Shown here one piece after another: positions 27,453 through 37,870 of a stretch of 64,000 nucleotides of DNA. Position 1 is the first letter of the stretch, and every line of letters begins with the position of its first letter. The position numbers and the translations under genes were made by a program. The notes under the pieces are model-generated. The model worked only from the letters and a program-made list of their open reading frames with translations, was not told the DNA's origin and ran no database searches. The stretch comes from Clostridia bacterium (lineage in GTDB: Bacteria > Bacillota > Clostridia > UMGS1883): assembly GCA_017451505.1 (NCBI GenBank), contig JAFTOF010000002.1, positions 1,042-65,041 of the forward strand, written 5' to 3'.

Positions 27453-29327
27453 TTATTCTTTACTTTCTTCTGTATCGCTCTTATTCTCTGTATTAATAGC
27501 TGGGTCTTCCGTTTTTACACCGTTTGAGGAAAGCTCTCCTTTTTCAAAAACCTCTTCAAATTCTGCGGCATCGAGCTTTTCATATTTTATGAGTGCGTTT
27601 GCCACATTATCAAGTTTGTCACGATTGTCGGTAAGAAGCTTCTCACATTTTGCGTAACATTCGTCTACGATTCTCTTGATTTCCTCATCAATAACAGAAG
27701 CTACACTCTCGCTGTAATTTCTGCCCTGTGAAAAGTCTCTTCCCAAAAATACTTCATGGTCCTCACCCGTAAAGGTGATATAACCTAATTTCTCACTCAT
27801 TCCGTACTGCATAACCATTTTTCTTGCAGTCTTGGTAACATGGTCAAGGTCACTTGATGCACCACTGTTTATCTCGTTAAACACAATCTTTTCAGCCGCT
27901 CTGCCTGCAAGGGACATTATAATCTGCTCAAGCATTTCTTCCTTTGAAATGTAGCTCTTGTCAGTATCGGGAAGACTGAGAGTGAATCCGCCTGCCCTGC
28001 CTCTGGGAATGATTGAAACCTGATGAACGTTATCCTGAGTAGGAAGAAGCTTTGCCGCAACTGCATGGCCTGCTTCATGGTATGCAGTCTTTTTCTTATT
28101 GAGTTCATTGTGCTTGCGGTTCTTCTTTTCGGGACCCATAATAACTTTAAGGATAGCCTCGTCAATTTCCTCCTGCTCGATAAGTTTTTTATCTCTGCGA
28201 GCCGTAAGGATAGCCGCTTCGTTAAGAAGATTTTCAAGGTCAGCACCCGTAAATCCGTATGTGGACTTTGATACTGTTTCAAGGGAAACTGTATCGGAAA
28301 CAGGCTTATTCTTTGAATGAACTTTAAGAATTGCCTCTCTACCCTTCTGGTCGGGATAGTTTACCACTATCTGACGGTCAAATCTGCCCGGTCTTAAAAG
28401 AGCAGGATCAAGTATATCGGGACGGTTGGTTGCCGCAATAATAATTACTCCTTCATTCGTTCCGAAGCCGTCCATCTCAACCAAAAGCTGATTTAGCGTC
28501 TGCTCACGCTCATCGTGACCGCCGCCAAGACCTGCACCACGCTGTCTTCCCACGGCGTCAATTTCATCAATGAAAATAATTGCAGGAAGATTCTTCCTCG
28601 CCTGTTCAAAAAGGTCACGCACACGGCTGGCACCTACGCCCACGAACATTTCCACAAAGTCTGAACCCGATATGGAGAAGAAAGGAACTCCTGCCTCCCC
28701 TGCCACTGCTTTTGCAAGAAGCGTTTTACCTGTTCCGGGAGGGCCTACAAGAAGCACACCCTTGGGAATCCTTGCACCCAAATCAATGAATTTCTTCGGA
28801 TTTTTAAGGAATTCAACAACTTCCTCAAGTTCTTTCTTTTCTTCATCTGCACCTGCAACCATATCAAAGTTTATCTTGCTGTCTATGGCAGATTTAGCCT
28901 TTGATTTACCAAAGCTTCCTATGCCGTGACCGCCTGTCTGTGATTTCATAAATGAGAACCAGAAAAAGCCTATTACAAGAATCATGAGAACTGTGGGAAT
29001 AAGAGAAATCCACCATGCAGTGTCTTCGGGTGCCGGGACAGATGTCTTAATCTTACCCTCGGCAATCTGGGATTTTATTTCCTCCCCTGCAACCTCAAAC
29101 AAGATTCCCGGTGTAACCTCTACCTGATACTCCTTACCGTCAATAACAGCCTTTGTAACAGTGTCCTCAATAGTAAGCTTTTCTACCTTTTCATTATTAA
29201 TAGCCGTCACCAATTCAGAAAAAGACTTTACACCTTTTTCCGGCTCGCCGAGCGACATATTCATAAGCAAAATAATTATTATAGGTAAAATTATATAAAA
29301 GCTTATGCCTTTAAAAGACTTTTTCAA
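27453..29327 (-). CDS. ftsH: ATP-dependent zinc metalloprotease FtsH
   Basis: 624 aa with two TM helices, AAA+ motifs ([13 protein letters not shown]) and the zinc motif HEAGHA. Confidence 0.95.
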   Translation of the reverse strand: MKKSFKGISFYIILPIIIILLMNMSLGEPEKGVKSFSELVTAINNEKVEKLTIEDTVTKAVIDGKEYQVEVTPGILFEVAGEEIKSQIAEGKIKTSVPAPEDTAWWISLIPTVLMILVIGFFWFSFMKSQTGGHGIGSFGKSKAKSAIDSKINFDMVAGADEEKKELEEVVEFLKNPKKFIDLGARIPKGVLLVGPPGTGKTLLAKAVAGEAGVPFFSISGSDFVEMFVGVGASRVRDLFEQARKNLPAIIFIDEIDAVGRQRGAGLGGGHDEREQTLNQLLVEMDGFGTNEGVIIIAATNRPDILDPALLRPGRFDRQIVVNYPDQKGREAILKVHSKNKPVSDTVSLETVSKSTYGFTGADLENLLNEAAILTARRDKKLIEQEEIDEAILKVIMGPEKKNRKHNELNKKKTAYHEAGHAVAAKLLPTQDNVHQVSIIPRGRAGGFTLSLPDTDKSYISKEEMLEQIIMSLAGRAAEKIVFNEINSGASSDLDHVTKTARKMVMQYGMSEKLGYITFTGEDHEVFLGRDFSQGRNYSESVASVIDEEIKRIVDECYAKCEKLLTDNRDKLDNVANALIKYEKLDAAEFEEVFEKGELSSNGVKTEDPAINTENKSDTEESKE

Positions 29328-29393
29328 AATTATTACCCCCTTTAAGACTTAATTTTAACACAAGAAAAATTTTTTCACAATCTATTTCACAGT

Positions 29394-29939
29394 TTATTCA
29401 TAATACTCATTTTTAAGCACACCCACAAAAGGATATTGGCGGTATTTGTAATCAAAATCCAGTCCATAGCCCACAACAAACTCATCGGGAACTTCAAAAC
29501 CTGTATATTTTGCCTTAATATCAACCACACGTCTTGAGGGCTTATCAAGAAATGTACATATTTCTACACTTTTTGCCCCTTGTTCCTTAAGATACGCCTG
29601 CATTTTTTCAAGAGTTCTTCCCGAATCAATAATATCCTCAACTATAATTATATCCCTATCCTTAGGCTCAAAACCCTTTCCTGCATGAATTTCTACATTT
29701 CCCGTAGAAACTATTCCGCTTCCGTAGCTTGAAGCAAATAAAAACGATATCTCGGCAGGAATATTAAGCTCACGTATTAAATCAGCGACAAAGATAAAGC
29801 TTCCAGTAAGAACGGAAACAAGCAAAATTTCCCTTCCTTCATAATCGCGGTTAATCTCTGTTGCAAGCTCGCTTATTCTTTCCTTTATTTGTTCCTCGGA
29901 AACAAGGATTTTTTTGATAGGGTCATTAATATTGGACAT
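29394..29939 (-). CDS. hpt: Hypoxanthine phosphoribosyltransferase
   Basis: 181 aa with the PRPP-binding motif IIIVEDIIDSGRT, in the tilS-hpt-ftsH order. Confidence 0.9.
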   Translation of the reverse strand: MSNINDPIKKILVSEEQIKERISELATEINRDYEGREILLVSVLTGSFIFVADLIRELNIPAEISFLFASSYGSGIVSTGNVEIHAGKGFEPKDRDIIIVEDIIDSGRTLEKMQAYLKEQGAKSVEICTFLDKPSRRVVDIKAKYTGFEVPDEFVVGYGLDFDYKYRQYPFVGVLKNEYYE

Positions 29940-29946
29940 TTTCTTC

Positions 29947-31293
29947 TTACCTTTCTTTTGTAGATGTATATTTGATTATCAGACATTTTTTTGTTTTTTC
30001 CGATACATTAAACTTTCCCGACTGCCTAAGTCCGCATAAATATAAAATTTCTCCGTCCTTTTCGACTATGGGGATATAATCTCTTTCGTAACGATTTATT
30101 TTTTCATCGGAAAAAATATCACTTAGTTTCTTCGTTCCGCTGATTCCTTTAAGGCTCATTTTGTCACCGCTTTGCCTGTATCGCACAACAAACGGCGGCT
30201 TAACCTCACCTGCATCAAAGAGTGCCATAGAGTTACCTGTTTTCTTTGTGGGAGTATCCGTAATAATTACTTCAAGCCTCCAACCTTTATCATAGAGGGC
30301 ACTTTCTTCAGTAAGTACAGATGTGCATGACTCTTGCGGCTCGTCTGTCCTGAGGATTACCTTATCATAATTCTTTTCTGCATACACATTTTTGGTAATA
30401 TCAAACCTTTTCCCGCTGTCCTTTTTTAAAAATTTCAAAAAAGACTCAACTCTCTCAAATGTGATTTGCGTATCCCATTCGTTAAGAACATATGCTACTG
30501 CCCTTCTTCCTACGGGCAAAGGCGACTCTATAATGGGATTTACCAGAAGGTATGTTTTAAAGAAGCATTTTTGGAGTAATTTCTCTGCCTCTTTTTCAAG
30601 AAATTCGTTATCCTCTGCAATCATCTTTGATGCCTGTACTACTTTATGGGCGGCACCTTCTGAAATTTCATCAAGCAGAGGAATAACCGACAGGCGGATT
30701 TTGTTTCTGGCATAAATGGGAATTGCATTTGTACTGTCCTCACACCATTTAAGATTTTTGTCCCGTAAATACTTCTCAATTTCGCTTCTCTTCACATCAA
30801 GAAGCGGTCTGATTATATTTTGACGGCTGTATCGGATTCCCTGAAGTCCTTTCGGACTGCTGCCCCTTGCCAGTCTGAAAAGAATGGTTTCGGCACAATC
30901 ATCAAGATTATGTGCAGTGGCAATTTTGGCACTACCCAATTTTCGAGAAACTTCCTCAAAAAATTCGTACCTGAGAATCCTGCCGCACTCTTCTTCACCG
31001 ATTTTTCTTTCCTTGGCAATTCGGGGCACATCATATTCACGGTAGTAGCACTCTACTCCGTAATTACTGCATACTATTTTTACAAATTCACTGTCCCTGT
31101 CGGACTCATCGCCGCGTATCAAATGATTAACATTGGCAACGGCTATTTTAAGGTTAAGCTCCTCTTTAAGTGCAAGCATCACATGCAAAAGGCAAACCGA
31201 ATCTGCCCCGCCCGACACTGCACACAGCACCGTGTCACCCTTATTAATCAAGGAATTTTCATAAATTGTTTTCCTTACTTTTTCAAGCAGCAC
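29947..31293 (-). CDS. tilS: tRNA(Ile)-lysidine synthetase
   Basis: 448 aa with the PP-loop motif AVSGGADS. Confidence 0.9.
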   Translation of the reverse strand: MLLEKVRKTIYENSLINKGDTVLCAVSGGADSVCLLHVMLALKEELNLKIAVANVNHLIRGDESDRDSEFVKIVCSNYGVECYYREYDVPRIAKERKIGEEECGRILRYEFFEEVSRKLGSAKIATAHNLDDCAETILFRLARGSSPKGLQGIRYSRQNIIRPLLDVKRSEIEKYLRDKNLKWCEDSTNAIPIYARNKIRLSVIPLLDEISEGAAHKVVQASKMIAEDNEFLEKEAEKLLQKCFFKTYLLVNPIIESPLPVGRRAVAYVLNEWDTQITFERVESFLKFLKKDSGKRFDITKNVYAEKNYDKVILRTDEPQESCTSVLTEESALYDKGWRLEVIITDTPTKKTGNSMALFDAGEVKPPFVVRYRQSGDKMSLKGISGTKKLSDIFSDEKINRYERDYIPIVEKDGEILYLCGLRQSGKFNVSEKTKKCLIIKYTSTKER

Positions 31294-31299
31294 CCTATA

Positions 31300-32628
31300 T
31301 CAGCTCCTGCTGTCAAGATTCATAAACTTGGTATATTCACCACGCCATGCAAGATTAAATATTCCACATTCACCCGCACGGTTTTTGGCAAGAATACATT
31401 CCACTATATTAGCCGCACTTTCCTCTGCATTTTCTTCTGCAAGAGGTCTGCTGAGCATTATAACAATATCGGCATCCTGCTCAATAGAACCGCTCTCACG
31501 AAGGTCACTGAGCATAGGTCTTCTTGCAAGCTTTTCGGAGGAACGGTTAAGCTGAGAAAGGGTAATTACGGGAACATTCAATTCCTTTGCCATAATTTTA
31601 AGAGAACGTGACATTTCACTAACCTCTTGAGTACGGCTCTCTCCCCTGCGGCTGCTGCCCTGCATAAGCTGAAGGTAGTCAATCACCACAAGTCCAAGCC
31701 CCTTTTCCATTTTGAGACGGCGGCATTTAGCCCTTATCTCCGCCACTGTGATACCGGGGGTGTCATCAATATATACGGGAGCAGTAATTATGTCCTTAAG
31801 AGAATGGGCTATCTTTGTCATATCTGCCGCGTCAATATCGCCCACACGAAGCTTACCCGATTCCACAAGTGCCTCACTTGAAAGGACTCTGTTTACAAGC
31901 TCATCCTTACTCATTTCCAGCGAAAAGATTGCCACGGGGACTTTTTCACGGATTGCGGCATTTTGTGCTATGTTAAGGGCAAAACTGGTTTTACCGACAC
32001 CGGGACGTGCCGCAAGAATAATAAGGTTACTGTTCTGAAGTCCCGCAGTAGCCGCATCAAGCCCTGTAAAGCCTGTGCGTATACCTGTAATTTTACCGCC
32101 GCGGCGTTTACGCTCATCCAGAATTGCAAGGGTGCTTTTTACAACCTCGCCTATATGGGAGAAGCTCTTTGTTCCCTGCTGCTCGGATATTCTAAAAATG
32201 AGCTGCTCGCTCTTGTCAATAATATCGCCTGCCGCAAGCTCGTCCTTCATGCCCATATCCATAATTTCATTTGCCGATTCGATAAGTCTTCTCAAGGTCT
32301 TTTTATCACGGGCAATTTCAATATACTGGTCCAGGTTTTCTTTGGTGAAAACATTCTGGGCAATTTTTGTGATGTAGGCAATACCACCCACGGTATCAAG
32401 CTTATCTCCAAGCTTTTCCGAAAGTGTTACCATATCAACAGGTACGCCCTCTTCAAAAAGAGCGGCTATAGCATTAAATATTGTTTTATTTGCGGTAGCA
32501 TAAAAGCAATCTTCGTCAAGCTTATCCATAGCATTGACGAGAGCTTTTTCGTCAAGAATCATATTTCCGAGAATTGCCGCTTCCGCTTCTAAATTATATG
32601 GCATGGTTCTGCCGATAGGCATGTCCAT
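31300..32628 (-). CDS. dnaB: Replicative DNA helicase
   Basis: 442 aa with Walker A ARPGVGKTSF and DYLQLM. No intein-sized insertion. Confidence 0.95.
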   Translation of the reverse strand: MDMPIGRTMPYNLEAEAAILGNMILDEKALVNAMDKLDEDCFYATANKTIFNAIAALFEEGVPVDMVTLSEKLGDKLDTVGGIAYITKIAQNVFTKENLDQYIEIARDKKTLRRLIESANEIMDMGMKDELAAGDIIDKSEQLIFRISEQQGTKSFSHIGEVVKSTLAILDERKRRGGKITGIRTGFTGLDAATAGLQNSNLIILAARPGVGKTSFALNIAQNAAIREKVPVAIFSLEMSKDELVNRVLSSEALVESGKLRVGDIDAADMTKIAHSLKDIITAPVYIDDTPGITVAEIRAKCRRLKMEKGLGLVVIDYLQLMQGSSRRGESRTQEVSEMSRSLKIMAKELNVPVITLSQLNRSSEKLARRPMLSDLRESGSIEQDADIVIMLSRPLAEENAEESAANIVECILAKNRAGECGIFNLAWRGEYTKFMNLDSRS

Positions 32629-32676
32629 AATATCACCGTATTTCTATAAATTTTCAGGAGTAAAAGAGTCCGCCTA

Positions 32677-33123
32677 TTACTGAGGATTTACAATTACAGT
32701 TATTTTTGCAGAAATTTCAGGATAAATCTTAAGCTCAACTGTGGTTTCGCCTGTTGTCTTTATTCCGTCGGGAAGAACAACCTTTCTCTTATCAATCACA
32801 TAATGAAGCTGCATTTTTACTGCATCTGCAACATTCTGATTTGTGATTTTACCAAAGAGCTTACCGTTGTCCCCTGCTTTTCCGCTGAGAACGATTTTTG
32901 CACCCTCAAGCTTTGCCGCAGCTTCCTTTGCCGCCAGAATTTCCTGCTCTTTATGATATGCCGCCGCTTCGTTCTTTCCTTTTATATTGTTAAGAACATC
33001 TGCAGTTGCAATCTCTGCCATTTTCTTGGGAAGCAAAAAGTTTCTTGCATATCCGTCACTGGCTTCTACCACATCGCCTTTTTTTCCATGACCTTTAACG
33101 TCGGTTAAAAGTACAACTTTCAT
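32677..33123 (-). CDS. rplI: 50S ribosomal protein L9
   Basis: 148 aa. MKVVLLTDVKGHGKKGDVVEASDGYARNFLLP is the classic L9 N-terminus. Confidence 0.95.
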   Translation of the reverse strand: MKVVLLTDVKGHGKKGDVVEASDGYARNFLLPKKMAEIATADVLNNIKGKNEAAAYHKEQEILAAKEAAAKLEGAKIVLSGKAGDNGKLFGKITNQNVADAVKMQLHYVIDKRKVVLPDGIKTTGETTVELKIYPEISAKITVIVNPQ

Positions 33124-33124
33124 C

Positions 33125-35116
33125 TTAAATTACTTCCTTTCCTATTAATTCGTCTATTGCTTGTTTTAATAAATCTCCCGCATCGGCTACAGATGTGCCC
33201 CTAAGCTGTGCACCTGCCACCATCATATGACCGCCGCCGCCAAGCTTTTCAAGCACCATCTGAACATTAACCTCGCCCAAGGAACGTCCGCTGATGATAA
33301 CGCTTCCCTCCTCATCACGGGCAACCACAAAGGATGCTTTTACATCATTGATTTCCAAAAGCTCATCAGCCGCACTTGCAATTACTATATGAGGAACAAT
33401 TCCAGAGAAAAGGGAAATTGCTATGTTATCCGAATAAATCTGTGCCTCTGTTACAATACATGCCTTGTGCTTGTAATTCTCAATAGATTTTCGAAGAAGC
33501 TTCTTTACGTGGAGGGTGTCAACACCTGCGGCTCTTAAATAAGCTGCCGCTTCAAATGTTCGTACGCCTGTTTTAAAGGTAAAGTTCTTTGTATCCACGG
33601 CAATACCGCAGTATAAAGCTTCCGCATCAACGGTGGAAACTGCATAATGAGCGTCAAAATACTGCATGATTTCCGTAACCATTTCACAGGTTGACGATGC
33701 AAACGGCTCGTGATAAACAAGGTCTGCATTTGAAATAAAGCTTTCGCTACGTCTGTGATGGTCAATTACAACCTTGGTTTTTATACTGTCGATAAGCTCG
33801 GGCATTTCGGTATACTCTGGAACGTGAGTGTCACATATAACAAGAAGCGTTCCCTGTGTGATATAATCACGAAGCCCCTGCTTTCCTATGAACATACCGT
33901 CATGATAATGATTTTCCTCAATTTTCTTAAGAAGCAAATGAACTGTGTCATCCTTTGTCACAAGAAGAACCTTTGCTTCTTTTTTAACATAACTTGCCAT
34001 GTTGGCAATACCAATCGCCGCACCAATGGCATCGGCATCACTGTCACGGTGACCCATGATAAGCACATTGTCACATGCGTCTATAAGCTCCCTGAGGTTA
34101 TGTGCCATAATCCTTGCTTTAACCTTGGTACGCTTTTCCGTTTCCTTGGAGTTTCCTCCATAGTAGGAAAATTTCCCGTCCTCTCTGATTACCGCCTGAT
34201 CTCCGCCTCTGCCCAGAGCCATATCAAGTGCCTTTTTCGCGGAAATATTATTTTGATTAAAATTGTCCTCTCCAAATCCGATTCCTATACTTATGGTGGG
34301 AGGCGTTTTCATTCCGGGATTATACTCTTTAACGGTTTTGAGTATTTCAAACTTACCTTCGGTAAATAAGTCAAGCTCCTTCTTAGTGAAAACGCAGAGG
34401 AATTTATCCTTTTCTGTCTTCTTGATAAGCCCGCCTGCATCCTGAATCCAACCAATAATATTTTTATCAAGAAGATTTGCAACATCCAGCCTTTCTTCCT
34501 CATCCACGCTGTCGATAGCTTCATCATAGTTATCAACCATAATATGAGCTACTGCACATTGAGAATTTGCAAGCTCCTCTTTAAGTTTAAGATTCTCCGT
34601 AATATTTTCCATGTAAAGCATAATCGCCGCATGCTCCGCAGATGTTCTCCTTCTTACATTGGCACGAACACTGTAGACTTCCTCACCGATATGGACATTA
34701 ATGCTTTCATTTATGCTTCGGTTATATATGTCGCGTATATTAATTTCGGGCAAAAGCTCGTTTATCTTTTTATCCGAAACCGACTGAAACAATTCCTTGA
34801 AAGCCGAATTGTACCAAGCTACGCTTCCATCCACCCTGATGCCTGCAATGGGGTTCATAGATTTAAAAAGTGCCTCGTTATTTTGAAGCTCGTCCTCGTC
34901 CTTTGCAGCGTTGCTTATATACTCACGCATTTTGCGTATTCTTCCGAAATGCCTTGTCACCTTTTCAAAAAAGATACAAAGCGAGCTTACAAGTACTATT
35001 GATGCCAGGACGTGATTGAAACGAAAAAGGAAAATTGATGAGATAAAAATTATCAGAGAAAAAATCGGTGTGGATATATGGGGAACACTATCAAACATCT
35101 CATTTTTTTGTTTCAT
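33125..35116 (-). CDS. gdpP: DHH/DHHA1 phosphodiesterase, GdpP-type (cyclic-di-AMP phosphodiesterase)
   Basis: Two N-terminal TM helices, a PAS-like region, a degenerate GGDEF-like region, then DHH (GHRDSDADAIG, DHH) and DHHA1 (GGGH). Start MKQKNEM at 35116 lies 8 nt after AAGGAGG. Sits in the yybS-gdpP-rplI-dnaB order. Confidence 0.85.
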   Translation of the reverse strand: MKQKNEMFDSVPHISTPIFSLIIFISSIFLFRFNHVLASIVLVSSLCIFFEKVTRHFGRIRKMREYISNAAKDEDELQNNEALFKSMNPIAGIRVDGSVAWYNSAFKELFQSVSDKKINELLPEINIRDIYNRSINESINVHIGEEVYSVRANVRRRTSAEHAAIMLYMENITENLKLKEELANSQCAVAHIMVDNYDEAIDSVDEEERLDVANLLDKNIIGWIQDAGGLIKKTEKDKFLCVFTKKELDLFTEGKFEILKTVKEYNPGMKTPPTISIGIGFGEDNFNQNNISAKKALDMALGRGGDQAVIREDGKFSYYGGNSKETEKRTKVKARIMAHNLRELIDACDNVLIMGHRDSDADAIGAAIGIANMASYVKKEAKVLLVTKDDTVHLLLKKIEENHYHDGMFIGKQGLRDYITQGTLLVICDTHVPEYTEMPELIDSIKTKVVIDHHRRSESFISNADLVYHEPFASSTCEMVTEIMQYFDAHYAVSTVDAEALYCGIAVDTKNFTFKTGVRTFEAAAYLRAAGVDTLHVKKLLRKSIENYKHKACIVTEAQIYSDNIAISLFSGIVPHIVIASAADELLEINDVKASFVVARDEEGSVIISGRSLGEVNVQMVLEKLGGGGHMMVAGAQLRGTSVADAGDLLKQAIDELIGKEVI

Positions 35117-36107
35117 TATCATCGCCTCCTTTTTTTGTATATCTTCCAATTTTTCTGAAGTTAAACAGCGAGTCTAAAACTGCAAGTGCTATATAACCCG
35201 TATAAGCGTTAAGAAGCGGACTTGCCGCCGCCATCCCTAATGACGAATTAAGAATAAAGAAATGTATCATCACCCTTAAAAACGTTCTTATATTTGATTT
35301 CTGCAAATAGTACTCAACAAATGATATTCCTGCCGCAAGGCAAAACACAGAAATGATGACACTTACATTTAATGCAACGGCATTCAAAGCTCCGCTTAAA
35401 TTAAGATATGAAATAACAATTCCCAGAATCAGCATCAATGACATCGGCAGAGGTATTCTGATATGGGAAAACTTATGTCTTATGGGGTAGAGCGTTTTCT
35501 TAAGCTGTGCATTTACCGCCCACATGGTAACATACCCGATAAAGACAGATAAAACGATTACAAAGCCAGGAACCAATACTCCTGCCAGGGCGGCAGCATA
35601 TTCTGCAATGACATTAAAGGATTCCTGTGTTATCCCCATCCCTGCAGGCACCTGCTCCATGACTATAGTACCTGCCATATTGAAAAGCTCACCTACAGTA
35701 GTCGAAAAATATGCCGATACACTCAGCCCTGCTTCGTTTGAAATATAGTCAATCCATATATAAAGCGGCACAAGCGCACAAAGCGATGCAATCCAGACAC
35801 CGCTGAAAAAATCAACCTTTCTCCTTATGCACTGCATACAGCCCATTGCACACAATATAGAAATAAGTGCCATAAAAAGACCTGTTATCTGAGCACCGTC
35901 TCCAAAAGAAAATCCGTACAGCAGCATTGATATAAGCATTGCACACAATGAACTCACAGTGCAGGTAAGCGGGCCGAATACCACATATGACATGACCAGA
36001 TTATATGCACAAAGAAGCACCGCTATAACGGGCATTCCGAATAGAATCGGAATGAGCGATACCAACATTCGTATTATTACTCCAAAGCCTAATTTTTCCT
36101 GTCGCAT
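35100..36107 (-). CDS. YybS family membrane protein (DUF2232)
   Basis: 335-aa polytopic membrane protein in the conserved position upstream of gdpP. Confidence 0.7.
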   Translation of the reverse strand: MRQEKLGFGVIIRMLVSLIPILFGMPVIAVLLCAYNLVMSYVVFGPLTCTVSSLCAMLISMLLYGFSFGDGAQITGLFMALISILCAMGCMQCIRRKVDFFSGVWIASLCALVPLYIWIDYISNEAGLSVSAYFSTTVGELFNMAGTIVMEQVPAGMGITQESFNVIAEYAAALAGVLVPGFVIVLSVFIGYVTMWAVNAQLKKTLYPIRHKFSHIRIPLPMSLMLILGIVISYLNLSGALNAVALNVSVIISVFCLAAGISFVEYYLQKSNIRTFLRVMIHFFILNSSLGMAAASPLLNAYTGYIALAVLDSLFNFRKIGRYTKKGGDDNETKK

Positions 36108-36309
36108 TTTATCTTTTCCTCAACTTTTATACTCCTGAGCATAAAAACCCAGTTTATCTATATTATGATACCACATATTGCCTACGATGTAAAGATATTT
36201 TAACCAAAAATTCAAGGTTTTAGAATATGTGAGGGATGCCCCTTTTTTGTGTTGATTTTTAGTCTGGAATGTGATAAAATGAAACATATTTTTTATAGGA
36301 TGTGTTTTT

Positions 36310-36573
36310 ATGAAAATAAGTAACGGATATCTGCTCAGAAGTGTGGCAGGTAAAAATATTGTTGTTTCAGTAGGTGCAGACACTAATTTCAGCGGAATGC
36401 TTACGCTTAACGATAGCGGAGTTTTTTTCTGGAATTTACTTAAAGAGGGTACAACCAAGGAAAAAATGCTTGAAGCCGTCTTGAAGGAATATGATGTATC
36501 CCCCGTACAGGCTATGCATGATATTGATGAATTTGTAGAAAAGCTGTATGAAGCAAAAATTCTGGAGGACTGA
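36310..36573 (+). CDS. PqqD family protein (RiPP-recognition-element-like), orphan
   Basis: 87 aa. LNDSGVFFWNLLKEGTTKEKMLEAVLKEYDVSPVQAMHDIDEFVEKLYEAKIL fits the PqqD/RRE pattern. No radical SAM or other maturase gene is adjacent. Confidence 0.65.
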   Translation: MKISNGYLLRSVAGKNIVVSVGADTNFSGMLTLNDSGVFFWNLLKEGTTKEKMLEAVLKEYDVSPVQAMHDIDEFVEKLYEAKILED

Positions 36574-36578
36574 AATTA

Positions 36579-37817
36579 ATGTACATAAATGAAAAAATAC
36601 GAAATCTCGCCACTTCGGTTGAGAAGGAAATAACTCCATATTTTGAAAGAATTGATGAAATCGCACGTTTCAATCAGGAAAAGGTTCTTGATGCATTTAT
36701 AAAAAACCGCGTAGGCGAAAACTGCCTCAATCCTTCCACGGGATACGGCTACGGCGATGTAGGCAGAGAAACTCTTGAAGCAATATATGCTGATGTTTTC
36801 GGTGCGGAGGACGCTCTCGTAAGACATAATATAGTAAATGGCACGCACTGCCTTACAATATCACTCTTTGCAGTACTTCGCCCCGGAGATACACTTTTAG
36901 CCGCTACGGGAAAGCCCTATGATACCTTGGAGGAGGTTATCGGCATTGCGGGTAACAGCGGCGGAAGCCTCAAGGATTTCGGCGTTTCCTATAAACAGGT
37001 TGATTTGATAGACGGTGATGTTGACCTTGAAGGGATTACAAAAGCACTTACACCCGATGTAAAGACAGTAATTCTGCAACGTTCAAAAGGCTACGACTGG
37101 AGAGATACTTTAAGCTGCGAAAAGCTTGGAAAGGCTATCACACATATCAAATCAATAAATCCCGACGTATGTTGCATTGTTGATAACTGCTACGGAGAAT
37201 TTGCAGAAACTACAGAGCCGAGTCAGCACGGTGCAGACCTTGTGGTAGGTTCATTAATCAAAAATCCGGGCGGTTCTCTTGCTCAATCGGGCGGCTACAT
37301 AGTAGGAAAAAAAGAATATGTGGAGCTTGCGGCATTCCGTCAGACTGCACCGGGAATTGGTAAGGAATGCGGTGCAACCCTTGGTCAGAACCGATATATG
37401 TATCAGGGGCTTTTCATGGCACCCCATATTGTGGCACAGGCAATAAAAAGTGCAGTTTTTGCCGGTGCTTTGATGCAAAAGCTTGGATATGAGGTTAATC
37501 CCAAGCCGGAAGCAAATCATTATGACATTATTCAGGCAATAAAATTTAACGATAAGGACAAGCTTATTAAATTTATTCAGGGAATACAAAAGGCGTCCCC
37601 TGTTGACAGCTACGCCCTCCCTATGCCCTGGGATATGCCGGGCTATCAGCATGAGGTAATTATGGCGGCAGGTACTTTTGTATCAGGTGCAAGCATTGAG
37701 CTTAGTGCCGATGCTCCAATTAAACCTCCCTATGTGGGATTTATGCAGGGCGGTATAACATATGAGAGTGCAAGGCTGGCTATAATGAATGCCGCCGCTG
37801 AGATATATGAAGATTAA
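36579..37817 (+). CDS. Methionine gamma-lyase family protein (YnbB / aluminium-resistance-type PLP enzyme)
   Basis: 412 aa. The N-terminus ...FERIDEIARFNQEKVLDAFIKNRV...STGYGYGDVGRE is typical of this family. Confidence 0.8.
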   Translation: MYINEKIRNLATSVEKEITPYFERIDEIARFNQEKVLDAFIKNRVGENCLNPSTGYGYGDVGRETLEAIYADVFGAEDALVRHNIVNGTHCLTISLFAVLRPGDTLLAATGKPYDTLEEVIGIAGNSGGSLKDFGVSYKQVDLIDGDVDLEGITKALTPDVKTVILQRSKGYDWRDTLSCEKLGKAITHIKSINPDVCCIVDNCYGEFAETTEPSQHGADLVVGSLIKNPGGSLAQSGGYIVGKKEYVELAAFRQTAPGIGKECGATLGQNRYMYQGLFMAPHIVAQAIKSAVFAGALMQKLGYEVNPKPEANHYDIIQAIKFNDKDKLIKFIQGIQKASPVDSYALPMPWDMPGYQHEVIMAAGTFVSGASIELSADAPIKPPYVGFMQGGITYESARLAIMNAAAEIYED

Positions 37818-37828
37818 AAATGTATTAT

Positions 37829-37870
37829 AAAAAACAAGACCTGCTAAAAAACAGCAGGTCTTGTTTTTTT
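37829..37870. terminator. Bidirectional intrinsic terminator
   Basis: acaagacctgct/aaaaaac/agcaggtcttgt flanked by an A-run and a T-run. The T-run overlaps the copA stop. Confidence 0.85.

Noticed and set aside
30820-31611. 263-aa + strand ORF spanning the tilS/dnaB boundary
   Set aside because: It is antisense to two strongly supported genes and crosses their intergenic gap. No recognisable motifs are present.
36120-36458. 112-aa reverse-strand ORF overlapping the PqqD-like gene
   Set aside because: It is antisense to and overlaps a better-supported CDS and its promoter region. The composition is hydrophobic and low-information, with no RBS.
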